A DNA stretch of 43,502 bases from Tubiluchus corallicola (GCA_030141605.1 JAQGDQ010001381.1:1-43502); one strand, 5' to 3'. Shown: positions 1 to 13,095, counted from the stretch's first letter. Program-made: numbers and translations. Notes: generated from the letters alone by a model not told the origin.

Positions 1-289
1 TATGAGAAGAGGCAAGATTTAAATTAGCAAACAAAACGGAAAATTTAAACTCGTCAAAAACAAAACTAATAATTACATATAAAACAAGAACTCAAACCAA
101 CATAAGAAACAAAAAAATGAAGCGATGTCAAGTCATGAGTAAATCATCATCAATCACAACTATCATAAGCATAAAGATTATTACAGAATAAGGAACTCTA
201 ATCATGAAAGCACACGGAGAATGTCAAAAGACAAAAATACACTCACAAAGATACAATCAGCATTTTTACTATAGTATTAGTTCAGGTAC

Positions 290-370
290 CTTAATTTCAT
301 TGTCTAGTAACCTAGTTCTACTGTCAATGTCATCTGTATTCATTCGCAGCACCTCTTCCCCAACTGTATC
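290..370 (-). CDS. PSMC3: 26S proteasome regulatory ATPase subunit 6A (Rpt5), coding exon 2
   Basis: Not in the ORF track. 81 nt between ttgcattttAG and GTacct encode DTVGEEVLRMNTDDIDSRTRLLDNEIK, matching the PSMC3 N-terminal motif (human [27 protein letters not shown]). Phase 0 with exon 1. The gene continues left of the window. Confidence 0.93.
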
Positions 371-407
371 CTAAAATGCAATGAAATTTGTAGTGTAGAA
401 AAAACAC

Positions 408-3020
408 ACTATGAACTATGAATTTATTTTCACACATCAAAATACAATATCAAACTCATTAATAAACTTTAAATAAAATAATTTGAGTAGTGCGAGGTGA
501 GTGTACGACCATACGGTCATTAACACACTCACCTTACTTAAATGAAAAAATGATTATAGTTATGCATGCTTCTGTAGATAACTTAATGTAAATAAGGATG
601 AAGTAAATGATGTAATAATTTGAGTAGTGCGAGGTGAGTGTACGACCATACGGTCATTAACACACTCACCTTACTTAAATGAAAAAATGATTATAGTTAT
701 GCATGCTTCTGTAGATAACTTAATGTAAATAAGGATGAAGTAAATGATGTAATAATTTGAGTAGTGCGAGGTGAGTGTACGACCATACGGTCATTAACAC
801 ACTCACCTTACTTAAATGAAAAAATGATTATAGTTATGCATGCTTCTGTAGATAACTTAATGTAAATAAGGATGAAGTAAATGATGTAATAATTTGAGTA
901 GTGCGAGGTGAGTGTACGACCATACGGTCATTAACACACTCACCTTACTTAAATGAAAAAATGATTATAGTTATGCATGCTTCTGTAGATAACTTAATGT
1001 AAATAAGGATGAAGTAAATGATGTAATAATTTGAGTAGTGCGAGGTGAGTGTACGACCATACGGTCATTAACACACTCACCTTACTTAAATGAAAAAATG
1101 ATTATAGTTATGCATGCTTCTGTAGATAACTTAATGTAAATAAGGATGAAGTAAATGATGTAATAATTTGAGTAGTGCGAGGTGAGTGTACGACCATACG
1201 GTCATTAACACACTCACCTTACTTAAATGAAAAAATGATTATAGTTATGCATGCTTCTGTAGATAACTTAATGTAAATAAGGATGAAGTAAATGATGTAA
1301 TAATTTGAGTAGTGCGAGGTGAGTGTACGACCATACGGTCATTAACACACTCACCTTACTTAAATGAAAAAATGATTATAGTTATGCATGCTTCTGTAGA
1401 TAACTTAATGTAAATAAGGATGAAGTAAATGATGTAATAATTTGAGTAGTGCGAGGTGAGTGTACGACCATACGGTCATTAACACACTCACCTTACTTAA
1501 ATGAAAAAATGATTATAGTTATGCATGCTTCTGTAGATAACTTAATGTAAATAAGGATGAAGTAAATGATGTAATAATTTGAGTAGTGCGAGGTGAGTGT
1601 ACGACCATACGGTCATTAACACACTCACCTTACTTAAATGAAAAAATGATTATAGTTATGCATGCTTCTGTAGATAACTTAATGTAAATAAGGATGAAGT
1701 AAATGATGTAATAATTTGAGTAGTGCGAGGTGAGTGTACGACCATACGGTCATTAACACACTCACCTTACTTAAATGAAAAAATGATTATAGTTATGCAT
1801 GCTTCTGTAGATAACTTAATGTAAATAAGGATGAAGTAAATGATGTAATAATTTGAGTAGTGCGAGGTGAGTGTACGACCATACGGTCATTAACACACTC
1901 ACCTTACTTAAATGAAAAAATGATTATAGTTATGCATGCTGCTGTAGATAACTTAATGTAAATAAGGATGAAGTAAATGGTGTAATAATTTGAGTTGTGC
2001 GAGGTGAGTGTACGACCATACGGTCATTAACACACTCACCTTACTTAAATGAAAAAATGATTATAGTTATGCATGCTTCTGTAGATAACTTAATGTAAAT
2101 AAGGATGAAGTAAATGATGTAATAATTTGAGTAGTGCGAGGTGAGTGTACGACCATACGGTCATTAACACACTCACCTTACTTAAATGAAAAAATGATTA
2201 TAGTTATGCATGCTTCTGTAGATAACTTAATGTAAATAAGGATGAAGTAAATGATGTAATAATTTGAGTAGTGCGAGGTGAGTGTACGACCATACGGTCA
2301 TTAACACACTCACCTTACTTAAATGAAAAAATGATTATAGTTATGCATGCTTCTGTAGATAACTTAATGTAAATAAAGATGAAGTAAATGATGTAATAAT
2401 TTGAGTAGTGTGAGGTGAGTGTACGACCATACGGTCATTAACACACTCACCTTACTTAAATGAAAAAATGATTATAGTTGTGCATGCTTCTGTAGATAAC
2501 TTAATGTAAATAAGGATGAAGTAAATGATGTAAAAATTTGAGTAGTGCGAAGTGAGTGTACGACCATACGGTCATTAACACACTCACCTTACTAAAATGA
2601 AAAAATGATTATAGTTATGCATGCTTCTGCAGATAACTTAATGTAAATAAGGATGAAGTAAATGGTGTAATAATTTGAGTTGTGCGAGGTGAGTGTACGA
2701 CCATACGGTCATTAACACACTCACCTTACTTAAATGAAAAAATGATTATAGTTATGCATGCTTCTGCAGATAACTTAATGTAAATAAGGATGAAGTAAAT
2801 GATGTAATAATTTGAGTAGTGCGAGGTGAGTGTATGACCATACGATCATTAACACACTCACGTTACTTAAATGAAAAAATGATTATAGTTATGCATGCTT
2901 CTGTAGATAACTTAATGTAAATAAGGATGAAGTAAATGATGTAATAATAGCAATGGTATAAGAGCAATAAACCTGAAAGTTGAGAAAGGAAAACATAATA
3001 TGTAATTACGATTTTGAGTG
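408..3020 (-). mobile_element. 3' end of a CR1/L2-type LINE whose internal 137 bp has been tandemly amplified
   Basis: Both array flanks match the single copy at ~10855-11118 in reverse complement (aaacataatatgtaattacgattttga; tail aataaattcatagttcatagt). Confidence 0.7.
481..2948. repeat. 137-bp tandem satellite, ~18 near-identical copies, in PSMC3 intron 1
   Basis: Unit starts atttgagtag at 481, 618 and onwards. Each unit contains the hairpin ggtgagtgt-acgaccatacggtcatta-acacactcacc. Confidence 0.97.
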
Positions 3021-3500
3021 AGCCTTAAAGGGTGAAATTTGTTTTAAATAGTTACGAATATGAATTATGTGATTATCTGTCAATGTACCACTTACTTGTA
3101 TTAAACTGCACTAAAAATACCCCTAACGGATTACATTGCATGAACTTATTACTACTAGACCAGTTAAACAGCAATTATAATTAAAAATAAAACAATGATT
3201 TTATAAAGCACTTTTCCTTTTATATTACATGCTGTTTATTATTACTTAAATAGTAAACAGGCAAATTCGAAATATGCAGGAAAATCTTATAAATGTTCAA
3301 TTAATTAGAGAAAATGACAGATTACTAAAGCCAACGTACAACCAAAAAAACACAGAATGACGAGGCTATTTTAGTGTCAGTTTATAAATTAAAATAATAA
3401 CAAATATTATCAAAACTGAACTTTCAGAAAAGTAACAGTGTATTTCATGTAAGTTTATATTAACTCTAGGGATTTGTAAACACTTTTTAATCGAACGAAC

Positions 3501-3560
3501 CTCTTCATCTCCCCAGATAGCTTTGTCTTCTAAACTCGTAGCAGCAGCAACAGCAGCCAT
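3501..3560 (-). CDS. PSMC3: PSMC3/Rpt5 coding exon 1
   Basis: Encodes MAAVAAATSLEDKAIWGDEE followed by donor GTtcgt. Joins in frame to the 290-370 exon. Confidence 0.88.
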
Positions 3561-3624
3561 GTTTCAAGGTACGCTTTGGCATGCTTCAGGAAGCGACGCA
3601 CCGAGGATTTTAACGAGTATTTAG

Positions 3625-6600
3625 ACATAGACATATACATAAATATAGACTTTTTTATTTATATCGCCTCATTTACACCTGTATACAAATTGACTATTAT
3701 TTTTTAGTTATTGATTAAATAGGATAAATTAAGGATAAAGGAAAGAGTTAAGGGGGTGCAGGAGAAAGGGTAGCGAAAGACCATTTGGTCATCGAGTCAG
3801 CTATCCTTCTCAGGTTAGTGAAAATTGTAAAAATTTTGTGGTGCTGCTGTTAACATGAATTTATGGGGGGATACATTAAACATGAAAGCGAAATAACCAA
3901 GTAAGCTATGCAACCTAAGAAATAAATGAAAAATATGAAATGATTATTAACAAAATATGTAAAGCATTTAACTAACCGATTAAAAGAAAAAACTAGAAAA
4001 AAGTCAAACCAAAAAAAACATAAATAATAAATCAGTGAAAGAAACAAAATATGTATAATAAACTCAAACAAAATATAATGAAGCAAAGATATGCAATCGT
4101 GTCAAATTACACATAATGATAAAATACTATGCAATGCAAGAACTAGTGCAGAAAAATGGAGCAAACAAAATATGTAGTGAAATTTGAGTATGTGACTAAA
4201 TAGTAGGGGTGAGCATCGAACGTTCGAGTTCGAACGTTCGAATCGAATTCGAAAGCTCGAATTCGATTCGAACGAGTTTTTTTTAGTTCGAACTCGATTC
4301 GAATCCAAAACTATAGATTCGAATAATTTAGCACTTCAATCACATATGTTCCTGATCACTAAAACGATTGAAACAACATGAAATTAGCGTAATTTAGCAG
4401 TGATTTCTGTGCACAATTTTAAACAAATTACTAGTCGTTTTATTGCAGAACAAAATGTAGTGATACACATGATCTTTGTAAGACTAATTTTTACTGGTGG
4501 TTCGAAAACTTTTTCGAAAATCGTTCCAACTCAATTCGAATTCGGTTCGAATTCGAAACACTGAAGTTTGGTTCGATTCGAATTTGAAAATCACAAATTC
4601 GGTTCGATTCGAATTCGCTTTCTGGTAGAGAATGCTCACCCCTACTAAATAGACTATATGGCTCAAAAAAATAATAAAAACTTGATGATAACTGTGAAAC
4701 AATGAGCAAAATAATCACAATAAAGTGAATATATATGAAGTGAGAAAAGCATAATATGGAAGTAAAAACATAAGTGGAGCACGCAAAGTTATAAAAAATT
4801 AAGTATGAGAAAAACTGTTGTAGTTGCTGGATTTGTTTGAAGATTATTTTTTACTTCCCTTTTATAGTTGCAAAGAAATAATAACAATTTTACACTTTGA
4901 TGAGAAGATGTACTATGGTAATATAATTATAGTTAATAGATTAGCTCAAGGGTAATACATTAACACTAACAGGGAAGGTTTATCAGATTTGATCTTAGCA
5001 GAAAAGTCACACATGGTAAATAGAAATAAGAAAGGATTTATAGCTAATTATCAAATAGCTAAAGGTGCCATTTTTAGTTCATTAGACAGACTGTTCCACA
5101 ACAAAGCACCTTGATAAGATAAAGATCTTTGCCCTTTGTTAGTATTAAATCTATGTACATAGAAAGTTTGGTTAGTGGCAAATCGTGTATGATACTCGTG
5201 CATCTGGGCTACGGATTTGTAGTAATTCTGAAAAATTTCAGGAAGCATATTATGTTTAAACGTATGTAAAAATTTGGCCATCTCTAATTCATATATATTC
5301 TGAAGTTTTAAGATTTTATGCTGGTGGTATAAAGGTGTAACATGAGCTCTTCTATTTGCATTTGTCCAAAGCTTTATAAATTTATTTTGATTAGTAATTA
5401 GGGGATACAATGTGGAATGGGGTGCTGAGCCATAGGTAGGTTTGCTGTATTCTAAATACGGTGAAAATAGGGAAGAATATAAAAGTTTTTTTGAATCATA
5501 ATTCAGAAAATGCCTAACTTTTTAAAAAATACCAATAATTTTACTGGTTTTGTTAACAATATATTGCATATATGCTTTCCATGAAAGATTGTGATCTATT
5601 AATACTCCTAGATATATTATTTGATGTACAGGTTGTATCCTGGTATTTCCCATTGTCAAATTTAATGTTAAATTTTTTACTTTTCTGGGTTTACGAATTA
5701 TCATATATTTTGTTTTGGAATAGTTTATAGAAAGCCGGTTGGCTCTCATCCATACATCTACTTTAGCTAGTTCAACATTAAGAAATTCTTCTAGGTGACT
5801 TATGTTAGTATCAGAACTGAAAAAGTTAGTATCATCAGCAAAAGTCTAGTATGTAATTGGGTATTTGAAGGGAGATCATTTATGTCGAGCAAGAAAAAAA
5901 GGGGACCAAGAGTTGAGCCTTGAAGAACACCACACTGCACATTTACCAGTGAGTTTTTATTCTCGATAGATGGATATTGTTTCCTATTGTGTAAACATGA
6001 CTGCAGCAATTGAAGAGACAGGCCTCTGATACCATAGTGTTCAAGTTTGGCTAGTAAAATATCATGTTGTACAGTACCAAAGGCCTTAGACAAATCTAAA
6101 AATATGGCACAGGTGTACTTATTGTGATCCATATTTAGTAACAGATTGTCTATAAGTTCAGCAATAGCTAGAGTTGTGCAGTATCTTTTGCAAAACCCAA
6201 ACTGAAATCTAGAGAGAATTTTGTTGTCGTTTATAAATTTAATTAGTCTGTCATAAAGCAATTTTTCAAAAATTTTGGAAATAGGTGAAAGTAAAGATAT
6301 TGGCCTATATTGGCCTATAGTTAGTGGGGTTATCAGGGGAGCCACCTTTATAAATAGGAATAATTTTAGCTATCTTTAAACAGTTTGGAAATGTACCTTC
6401 AGTAATAGCCTTGTTAAACAATTTAGTTAGAACAGGGGAAATACAGAGACCAGCTGATTTGTAAAAAGATATAGGAATGTTTTCATGACCGGAGGCTTTA
6501 TTCTGATTTAAATTCTTTATTGCTGTATTTACTTCAGCTTCAATAATGGGTGTTAAGAAAATCGAGTTTGGCAAAGGACGTCCTTGAAAGGATTGAAATG

Positions 6601-6975
6601 ACAATTGTGTGGGTTGTATTTTAGATGTCATAGAAGGACCAATGGAAACAAAAAAAGTATTCATGACTTGACAGATATCAGTTATATCACTTGAGAGAAT
6701 ACCATCTTTGTACATCTTTTTTGGTGTTATGCGTTGTTGCAATTTAGCATTTATCAAACTATTTATGGTCGACCAAAGTTTGTGTTATTTTTACTATTTT
6801 GCAAGGTTTCTTGATAGTACCTTTTTTTGCTAAATATTTTATATGGTTGAGTTTGTTCGAATAAACTTTGTATTTATTTCTATTATAAACATTGTTAGAG
6901 TTTTTAGAAGTATTAAACAGTTGGCTTCTAGTTTTGATAGATTTCAGTATGCCTGGTGTTATCCATGGCTTGTGA
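3625..6975 (-). mobile_element. 5'-truncated, frameshifted CR1/L2-group LINE (RT ORF2 plus 3' UTR)
   Basis: ORF fragments carry [62 protein letters not shown], a frameshifted FADDTN (~5825-5843), YLGVLID and QGALLWNSL. A 3' hairpin lies at ~3763-3810, then AATAAA and a short-repeat tail near 3625-3660. Confidence 0.93.
4204..4644. mobile_element. hAT-type MITE nested in the LINE 3' UTR
   Basis: TIRs TAGGGGTGAGCAT...ATGCTCACCCCTA, a perfect 8-bp TSD CTAAATAG (4196-4203 and 4645-4652), and TTCGAA-rich subterminal repeats. Confidence 0.92.
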
Positions 6976-7209
6976 AAAGTTACCGCCTCACGTCACTATT
7001 TCTGTAGCTGAAAGAGTTCCCATATTATGATTAAGGTTAAATAGTAAAAGAGTCCCTCGGCTCGCTTTCACGTGGATTCATGGTCTTAATACTAGAACTA
7101 GACTTATCTTATCTCATTAAATGAACGGATAAGCAGTAATACTACATTCTACAGCAGCTGCAGAAGGATCAGCAGGCAGTTCAGTATTTTTTGTTAAATT
7201 TAGCCGCAC

Positions 7210-7700
7210 AATTCAATCAAATTTAATTCAAACGTGCATTTATTTCCATACGATATAAATGAAGCAAATGAGTATATTTCATTCATTATCATAATTGGAA
7301 ATATGATGGCGGAAGACCACAATCGTCAATCAGTCGAGCCATCTTGCCATAGATGAAAGTGAAACTAGGATGGCATTATAACTATTTATTATTTTAACTC
7401 GTGAATAAAATTGAGAATATATTACTACTATTTTATTTAGGAATTTGATCTGCTTAAATTTGACTGATCATAGATTTTTTTCTAAACAACTTTAAATATC
7501 TGTGGGGTCAAAATGCAGCCAAACATATCTACATATACAACAAAGTGATAAGCAAAAAGCAAAGCAATGATAGCTATAACCCAAACAATATGGAACAAAA
7601 ATGATTATAAAAATAATCAAAATGCCAGCTGACCTATCGTCCATGCACAATTCAAAATGAGAGAAATTTAACGAAACTAAAATTTAAAATTAACTTTCAA
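7210..7700 (-). mobile_element. LINE 3'-tail fragment
   Basis: Hairpin gatggc..tgacg-attgt-ggtc..gccatc (~7304-7345), followed on - by AATAAA and a ttgaa-type tail. Upstream boundary is uncertain. Confidence 0.5.
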
Positions 7701-7939
7701 ACCCTGAACTGAACCGTGTCCCAAAACATACGAGTTAAAAATATAACAAAAGTGTCTGAATCAAACAAAATCAACCAAATTTGAGTCTACACATTATTCT
7801 GTGGTAATATTCTTTCGTGTGAGTCATTTTTGAAAAATAGTATGTTTTCTTTCAATATTTTAAAATATAAATTATTTTGACCTACAATTTAAGGTTGGAA
7901 CCAGTTTTGTTTGAATTTAATGATTTGTGTTGCAGGGCG

Positions 7940-8576
7940 TTAAAGTGAAGAGCAAGTCACTCAGTATGTTGGGTTTATGTTACTGTTATCGCTTAAACGG
8001 TTTGTGGTGTGCTAAAGTAAAGAGCAAGTCACTCAGCATGTTGGGGTTATTTTACTGTTATCAGTTAAACTGTTTGTGGTGTGCTAAAGTGAAGAGCAAG
8101 TCACTCAGTATGTTGGGTTTATGTTACTGTTATCGCTTAAACGGTTTGTGGTGTGCTAAAGTAAAGAGCAAGTCACTCAGCATGTTGGGGTTATTTTACT
8201 GTTATCGCTTAAACGGTTTGTGGTGTGCTAAAGTGAAGAGCAAGTCACTCAGTATGTTGGGTTTATGTTACTGTTATCGCTTAAACGGTTTGTGGTGTGC
8301 TAAAGTAAAGAGCAAGTCACTCAGCATGTTGGGGTTATTTTACTGTTATCGCTTAAACGGTTTGTGGTGTGCTAAAGTGAAGAGCAAGTCACTCAGTATG
8401 TTGGGTTTATGTTACTGTTATCGCTTAAACGGTTTGTGGTGTGCTAAAGTAAAGAGCAAGTCACTCAGCATGTTGGGGTTATTTTTCTGTTATCAGTTAA
8501 ACTGTTTGTGGTGTGCTAAAGTAAAGAACAAAGTCACTCAGTATGTTGGGGTTATTTTACTGTTATCGCTTAAACT
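7940..8576. repeat. 72-bp minisatellite, ~9 copies, alternating A/B variants (144-bp higher-order repeat)
   Basis: Units alternate gtgaag..agtatgttgggtttatgt and gtaaag..agcatgttggggttattt. Confidence 0.95.
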
Positions 8577-9000
8577 GAAAAAGTTATAGCAAAGAAATTT
8601 GCAAAAAAAAATTTATAAAGCTTAAATTTAAAATATTCTAGCTGTGAATAAAAATTTTCAGGCCTGGGGGATAACCGCCATTAACTGGAACTTCGTGGCT
8701 TTCCTTAATCGCGCTGTTTAAACTAATTCAGACTTCTGCAGCTTACCTAATATTCACGCTAAAATGTTACAAAGTCAGCTAGCTAATTTTTTGCAAAGAC
8801 TGACTGTACTTTTGACGAAGATTAACAGCGCACTACTTTCCCTTCAAAACGAACGACGTCATTGGAAGAGGAATGGGCATTCAAAATGGGAGCGCTCAAG
8901 CATGAAGTGATCGCGACTTTAAAGTGACTTTACTAGTTACACGAGATGCTTATTGAACTTTTATTACTGAAAACTTCTAACATTTGTTGCAAACATGGAA

Positions 9001-10005
9001 ATAAGCCTAACCTCCTAGAAGGCTTGTCTTTTTCTTTAACTCAAAACTAAATGGAAGGATGTAAATGATGTGTGATTAACTCAGTATGTCTTCATCAAAT
9101 AAGCCTAACCTCCTAGAAAACTTGGCTTTCCCTTTAACTGAAAACAAAATGGAAGGACGTAAATTATGCGTGACATACTGAGTACGTCTTCATCAAATAA
9201 GCCTGACCTCCTAGAAGGCTTGTCTTTTCCTTTAACTGAAAACAAAATGGAAGGACGTAAATTATTCGTGACATACTGAGTACGTCTTCATCAAATAAGC
9301 CTGACCTCCTAGAAGGCTTGTCTTTTCCTTTAACTCAAAACTTAATGGAAGGACGTAAATTATGCGTGACATACTGAGTACGTCTTCATCAAATAAGCCT
9401 GACCTCCTAGAAGGCTTGTCTTTTCCTTTAACTCAAAACTTAATGGAAGGACGTAAATTATTCGTGACATACTGAGTACGTCTTCATCAAATAAGCCTGA
9501 CCTCCTAGAAGGCTTGTCTTTTCCTTTAACTGAAAACAAAATGGAAGGACGTAAATTATTCGTGACATACTGAGTACGTCTTCATCAAATAAGCCTGACC
9601 TCCTAGAAGGCTTGTCTTTTCCTTTAACTGAAAACAAAATGGAAGGACGTAAATTATTCGTGACATACTGAGTACGTCTTCATCAAATAAGCCTGACCTC
9701 CTAGAAGGCTTGTCTTTTCCTTTAACTCAAAACTTAATGGAAGGACGTAAATTATGCGTGACATACTGAGTACGTCTTCATCAAATAAGCCTGACCTCCT
9801 AGAAGGCTTGTCTTTTCCTTTAACTGAAAACAAAATGGAAGGACGTAAATTATTCGTGACATACTGAGTACGTCTTCATCAAATAAGCCTGACCTCCTAG
9901 AAGGCTTGTCTTTTCCTTTAACTCAAAACTTAATGGAAGGACGTAAATTATGCGTGACATACTGAGTACGTCTTCGTTAAATTAGCCTAAGCGCCTAGAT
10001 GGCTT
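9001..10005. repeat. 98-bp minisatellite, ~10 copies
   Basis: ataagcctgacctcc recurs at 9197, 9295 and onwards. Each unit has two hairpins (aagcct..aggctt; gacatac-tga-gtacgtc). Confidence 0.95.
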
Positions 10006-10075
10006 GTTAGAGACTTACCAATGTTGCCAAAACTAAGTGGAATGACACAAATTATACGTGAAACATACTACTAAC

Positions 10076-10120
10076 ACACACTTGCATGAACACGCACACA
10101 CTAGCATGCACACACACACA

Positions 10121-10212
<92 letters not shown>
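10076..10212. repeat. (CA)n microsatellite
   Basis: Seen directly. Confidence 0.98.
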
Positions 10213-10214
<2 letters not shown>

Positions 10215-10619
10215 CATGTACAGTACTTCTTTGTCAGTATAGTACTACTTCTAACTTTCCACAAGGTTTGACCTTTTCCTTAAGAAATGGATACACAATG
10301 ATGACCAATGATGACAGTAAAATACTCGTATAATACGTTTGATTTGAAAAGCTTACAAGTAATTTTATTTACTGACACACGAACTTCAATCATGGCAGAC
10401 AAAAGAACAACTTTGCTTTACAACTAGCTGCGTTATTTCGTATTCTGCTGCTTTACTGCTTCTAAATGCTATGAGAATCATCTCCAGAGATTCCTCTAGA
10501 AGAAAATTACTAACCAGTTTAGGTCAAACATTAAAAAACATGCAAGATAATTTCTGAAAATCTGCTGCGACCGATGAAGTTGTAGGCTATTATCACATGC
10601 CACTTAATAAGTTGTAGTA

Positions 10620-11118
10620 TGTACCAATCATTTCCTCTCCTTCTTTACAAAAAGCTACCAAACAATATAAGATATTTTTACTTAGTAAATATTCATTGGC
10701 GTAGAAAACCAGAGGTTTTTTCTCTTTTTGTGCACGTGTGTCTTTTGGCACTAATGTTTTTGTTTTACTAACAGGTACCATTACGACCTTTGTTACTTTA
10801 TTAGTAAAAGTATAAATAAATTTAAATGAAATTATTCATTCATCGCAGCCTATATCAAAATCGTAATTACATATTATGTTTTCCTTATGTTTCCTTGCTA
10901 TTATTACATCATTTACTTTATTACATCAATTTCATTGAGTCATCTACAAAAGCACGCATATCTTTAATAATTTTTTCATTTTCATTTAAGTAAGGTGAGT
11001 GTGTTAATGACCGTATGGTCGTACACTCACCTCACACTACTCAAACCATTTTATTTATTGTTTATTTATGTGTACAATATTGTATATTGATGTGTGAAAT
11101 AAATTCATAGTTCATAGT
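10620..11118 (+). mobile_element. 3' end of a CR1/L2-type LINE, single-copy relative of the 137-bp satellite
   Basis: ORF2-like C-terminus KQYKIFLLSKYSLA* (~10660-10704), the satellite hairpin at ~10994-11031, then AATAAA plus (ttcatag)2. Confidence 0.7.
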
Positions 11119-11163
11119 ACCACTAATCGTGCGCATTTTTTCAGAATTTGCAGAATAGCCAAA

Positions 11164-11410
11164 ATGAATTCATGGTGGAGTAACGTCTCCGTGAGGTTGC
11201 GACGGCAGGGCTGCACGAATCGGCCGTTCTACCACGTCGTTGCGATCATGACGAGAAAAGGCCCGAAGAAAGAAGGCTTTGAACAGATCGGAACGTACGA
11301 TCCAATGCCAAACGTTCACAATGAGAAGCTTGTTGCCGTCAACTTTGAACGGCTCAGGTATTGGCTAGCCCAGGGAGCAGCAGTGTCCAGGCCAGTGGCT
11401 TGCCTTTTAG
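11164..11410 (+). CDS. MRPS16: mitochondrial ribosomal protein S16, first coding exon
   Basis: Encodes VRLRRQGCTNRPFYHVVA...EQIGTYDPMPNVHNEKLVAVNFERLRYWLAQGA. Acceptor ttttttcAG at 11143-11144 lies upstream of the ATG. Donor GT at 11411, phase 1. Confidence 0.96.
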
Positions 11411-11531
11411 GTGTGTTTCAAGGTTTCTTAATGTTTAGTTTAAACATAATTTATTATAGGATTGGATCAGACAGTTTGAACAACATGATTTAGGATCCTC
11501 ACCACAACAGACTTTATACACTATTTGCAAA

Positions 11532-11827
11532 AACATTTACAGTAAGAATAGACTATAACTACACAAGCTGACAAGTTTTACTACAAAAATACATTAGACA
11601 TTAGTAACATTTACAGTAAGAATAGACTATAACTACACAAGCTGACAAGTTTTACTACAAAAATACATTAGACATTAGTAACATTTACAGTAAGAATAGA
11701 CTATAACTACACAAGCTGACAAGTTTTACTACAAGATTACGTTAGACATTAGTAACATTTACAGTAAGAATAGACTATAACTACACAAGCTGACAAGTTT
11801 TACTACAAGATTACATTAGACATTAGT
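11532..11827. repeat. 74-bp minisatellite, 4 copies
   Basis: aacatttacagtaagaatagac recurs at 11532, 11606 and onwards. Confidence 0.95.
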
Positions 11828-12099
11828 AGAAAATGACGGTTAGAAAATATTAATCTACGAATATTTAAGACTGCTGCATTTCATATCAGATAGAAACTAC
11901 TGGAAGCGTTTAGTACGTAATAAAAAGTCATGTATACATTGGAATATTTTACAGTTAGTAACATAGTTAAATTCATCTTTTCCATAATAACAACTTCAAC
12001 GGATCATTAGTTCCTAAGGCAGCTATATTAAGGTTTTTGAGCAGAAGTATTTCATTTAATTTATGAAACATAACAACCCTAGCTAGTTGATACAATGGG

Positions 12100-12465
12100 C
12101 AGTGCAACAAATGTAATGTTTGGTATAATGTGTGTGCTTGCTAATTATAATCGTCCATGAGTCGACTTGGTCAAAACAGCATTATGGTGCTTAAAAGTAG
12201 AACCAAAAATGCACTGAAAATGCACCAAAAATTTGGTCAAATGTCAATTTTTTGCTTTTTACAAAAACAATCGCTAAATATATCAGATTTTAATAGCATC
12301 AAATTATCAAGAAAATGTTCAAAAGATAGTAAAATCTAATTATGTAAACTCATACCCACTTTTCTGTCTAGAAACTAGTAATACACTTGAGAAAAACTTG
12401 CATTTTCAAACTTTGATAGTAGCTCCTGGAAGCAGCCATTTTGCTTCATCAGGAATAGCTATCTA
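12100..12465. repeat. dispersed non-coding repeat, probably a DNA-transposon relic
   Basis: Reverse-complement similarity to ~13850-14220. A further related copy lies at ~19900-20115. Confidence 0.7.
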
Positions 12466-12806
12466 TTGGGTTTGAATATAGTGCTTATATTCATGCAGGC
12501 TGCACAATTGCAAGGTAGTTGTGAAATACCTTGCACCTATACGTTATGTGGCACTTATATACAAGCTGAGCTCAGTAACTGCCTGTGGTGTGTTATAAAC
12601 TGCACCCTTTACACGAATATGAACGTATACACATTTTCCAAGGAGAATAATATTTTTTTCTACAACGTGACACTTCTCAAACTTTGGTATCCTAGGCTAT
12701 TGCCTAGTTAGCCTATTGGTTAGAAATGCCCCTGTATGTACTAATATCGTTTTTGCAGTAGGAAAGATTGATCTATTTCATAATGGTTAAAGTCATCACT
12801 GGTATC

Positions 12807-13095
12807 CTTTACATCAACATTTTAATCTGGCATCACTGCCTTTACATCAACATTTTAATCTGGCATCACTGCCTTTACGTCAACATTTTAATCTGGCATC
12901 ACTGCCTTTACGTCAACATTTTAATCTGGCATCACTGCCTTTACATCAACATTTTAATCTGGCATCACTGCCTTTACATCAACATTTTAATCTGGCATCA
13001 CTGCCTTTACATCAACATTTTAATCTGGCATCACTGCCTTTACGTCAACATTTTAATCTGGCATCACTGCCTTTACGTCAACATTTTAATCTGGC
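12807..13095. repeat. 33-bp minisatellite, ~9 copies, abutting the mRpS16 acceptor
   Basis: Unit catcactgcctttacRtcaacattttaatctgg. Confidence 0.96.

Noticed and set aside
481-2948. CRISPR-like array
   Set aside because: There are no variable spacers and no cas genes, and the context is a eukaryotic intron. The same applies to the other arrays.
7927-8589. 220-aa Cys-rich repeat ORF, and likewise the 340-aa ORF at 39674-40696
   Set aside because: By-product of minisatellites whose unit length is divisible by 3. No domain or exon signals.
9001-10005. Hammerhead in the 98-bp unit (ttgatga-stem-acgaata on -)
   Set aside because: Lacks CUGA, GAAA and stems I and III.
10994-11040. H/ACA snoRNA or pre-miRNA
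   Set aside because: A single short hairpin with no pseudouridylation pocket or H box. The LINE-tail context explains it better.
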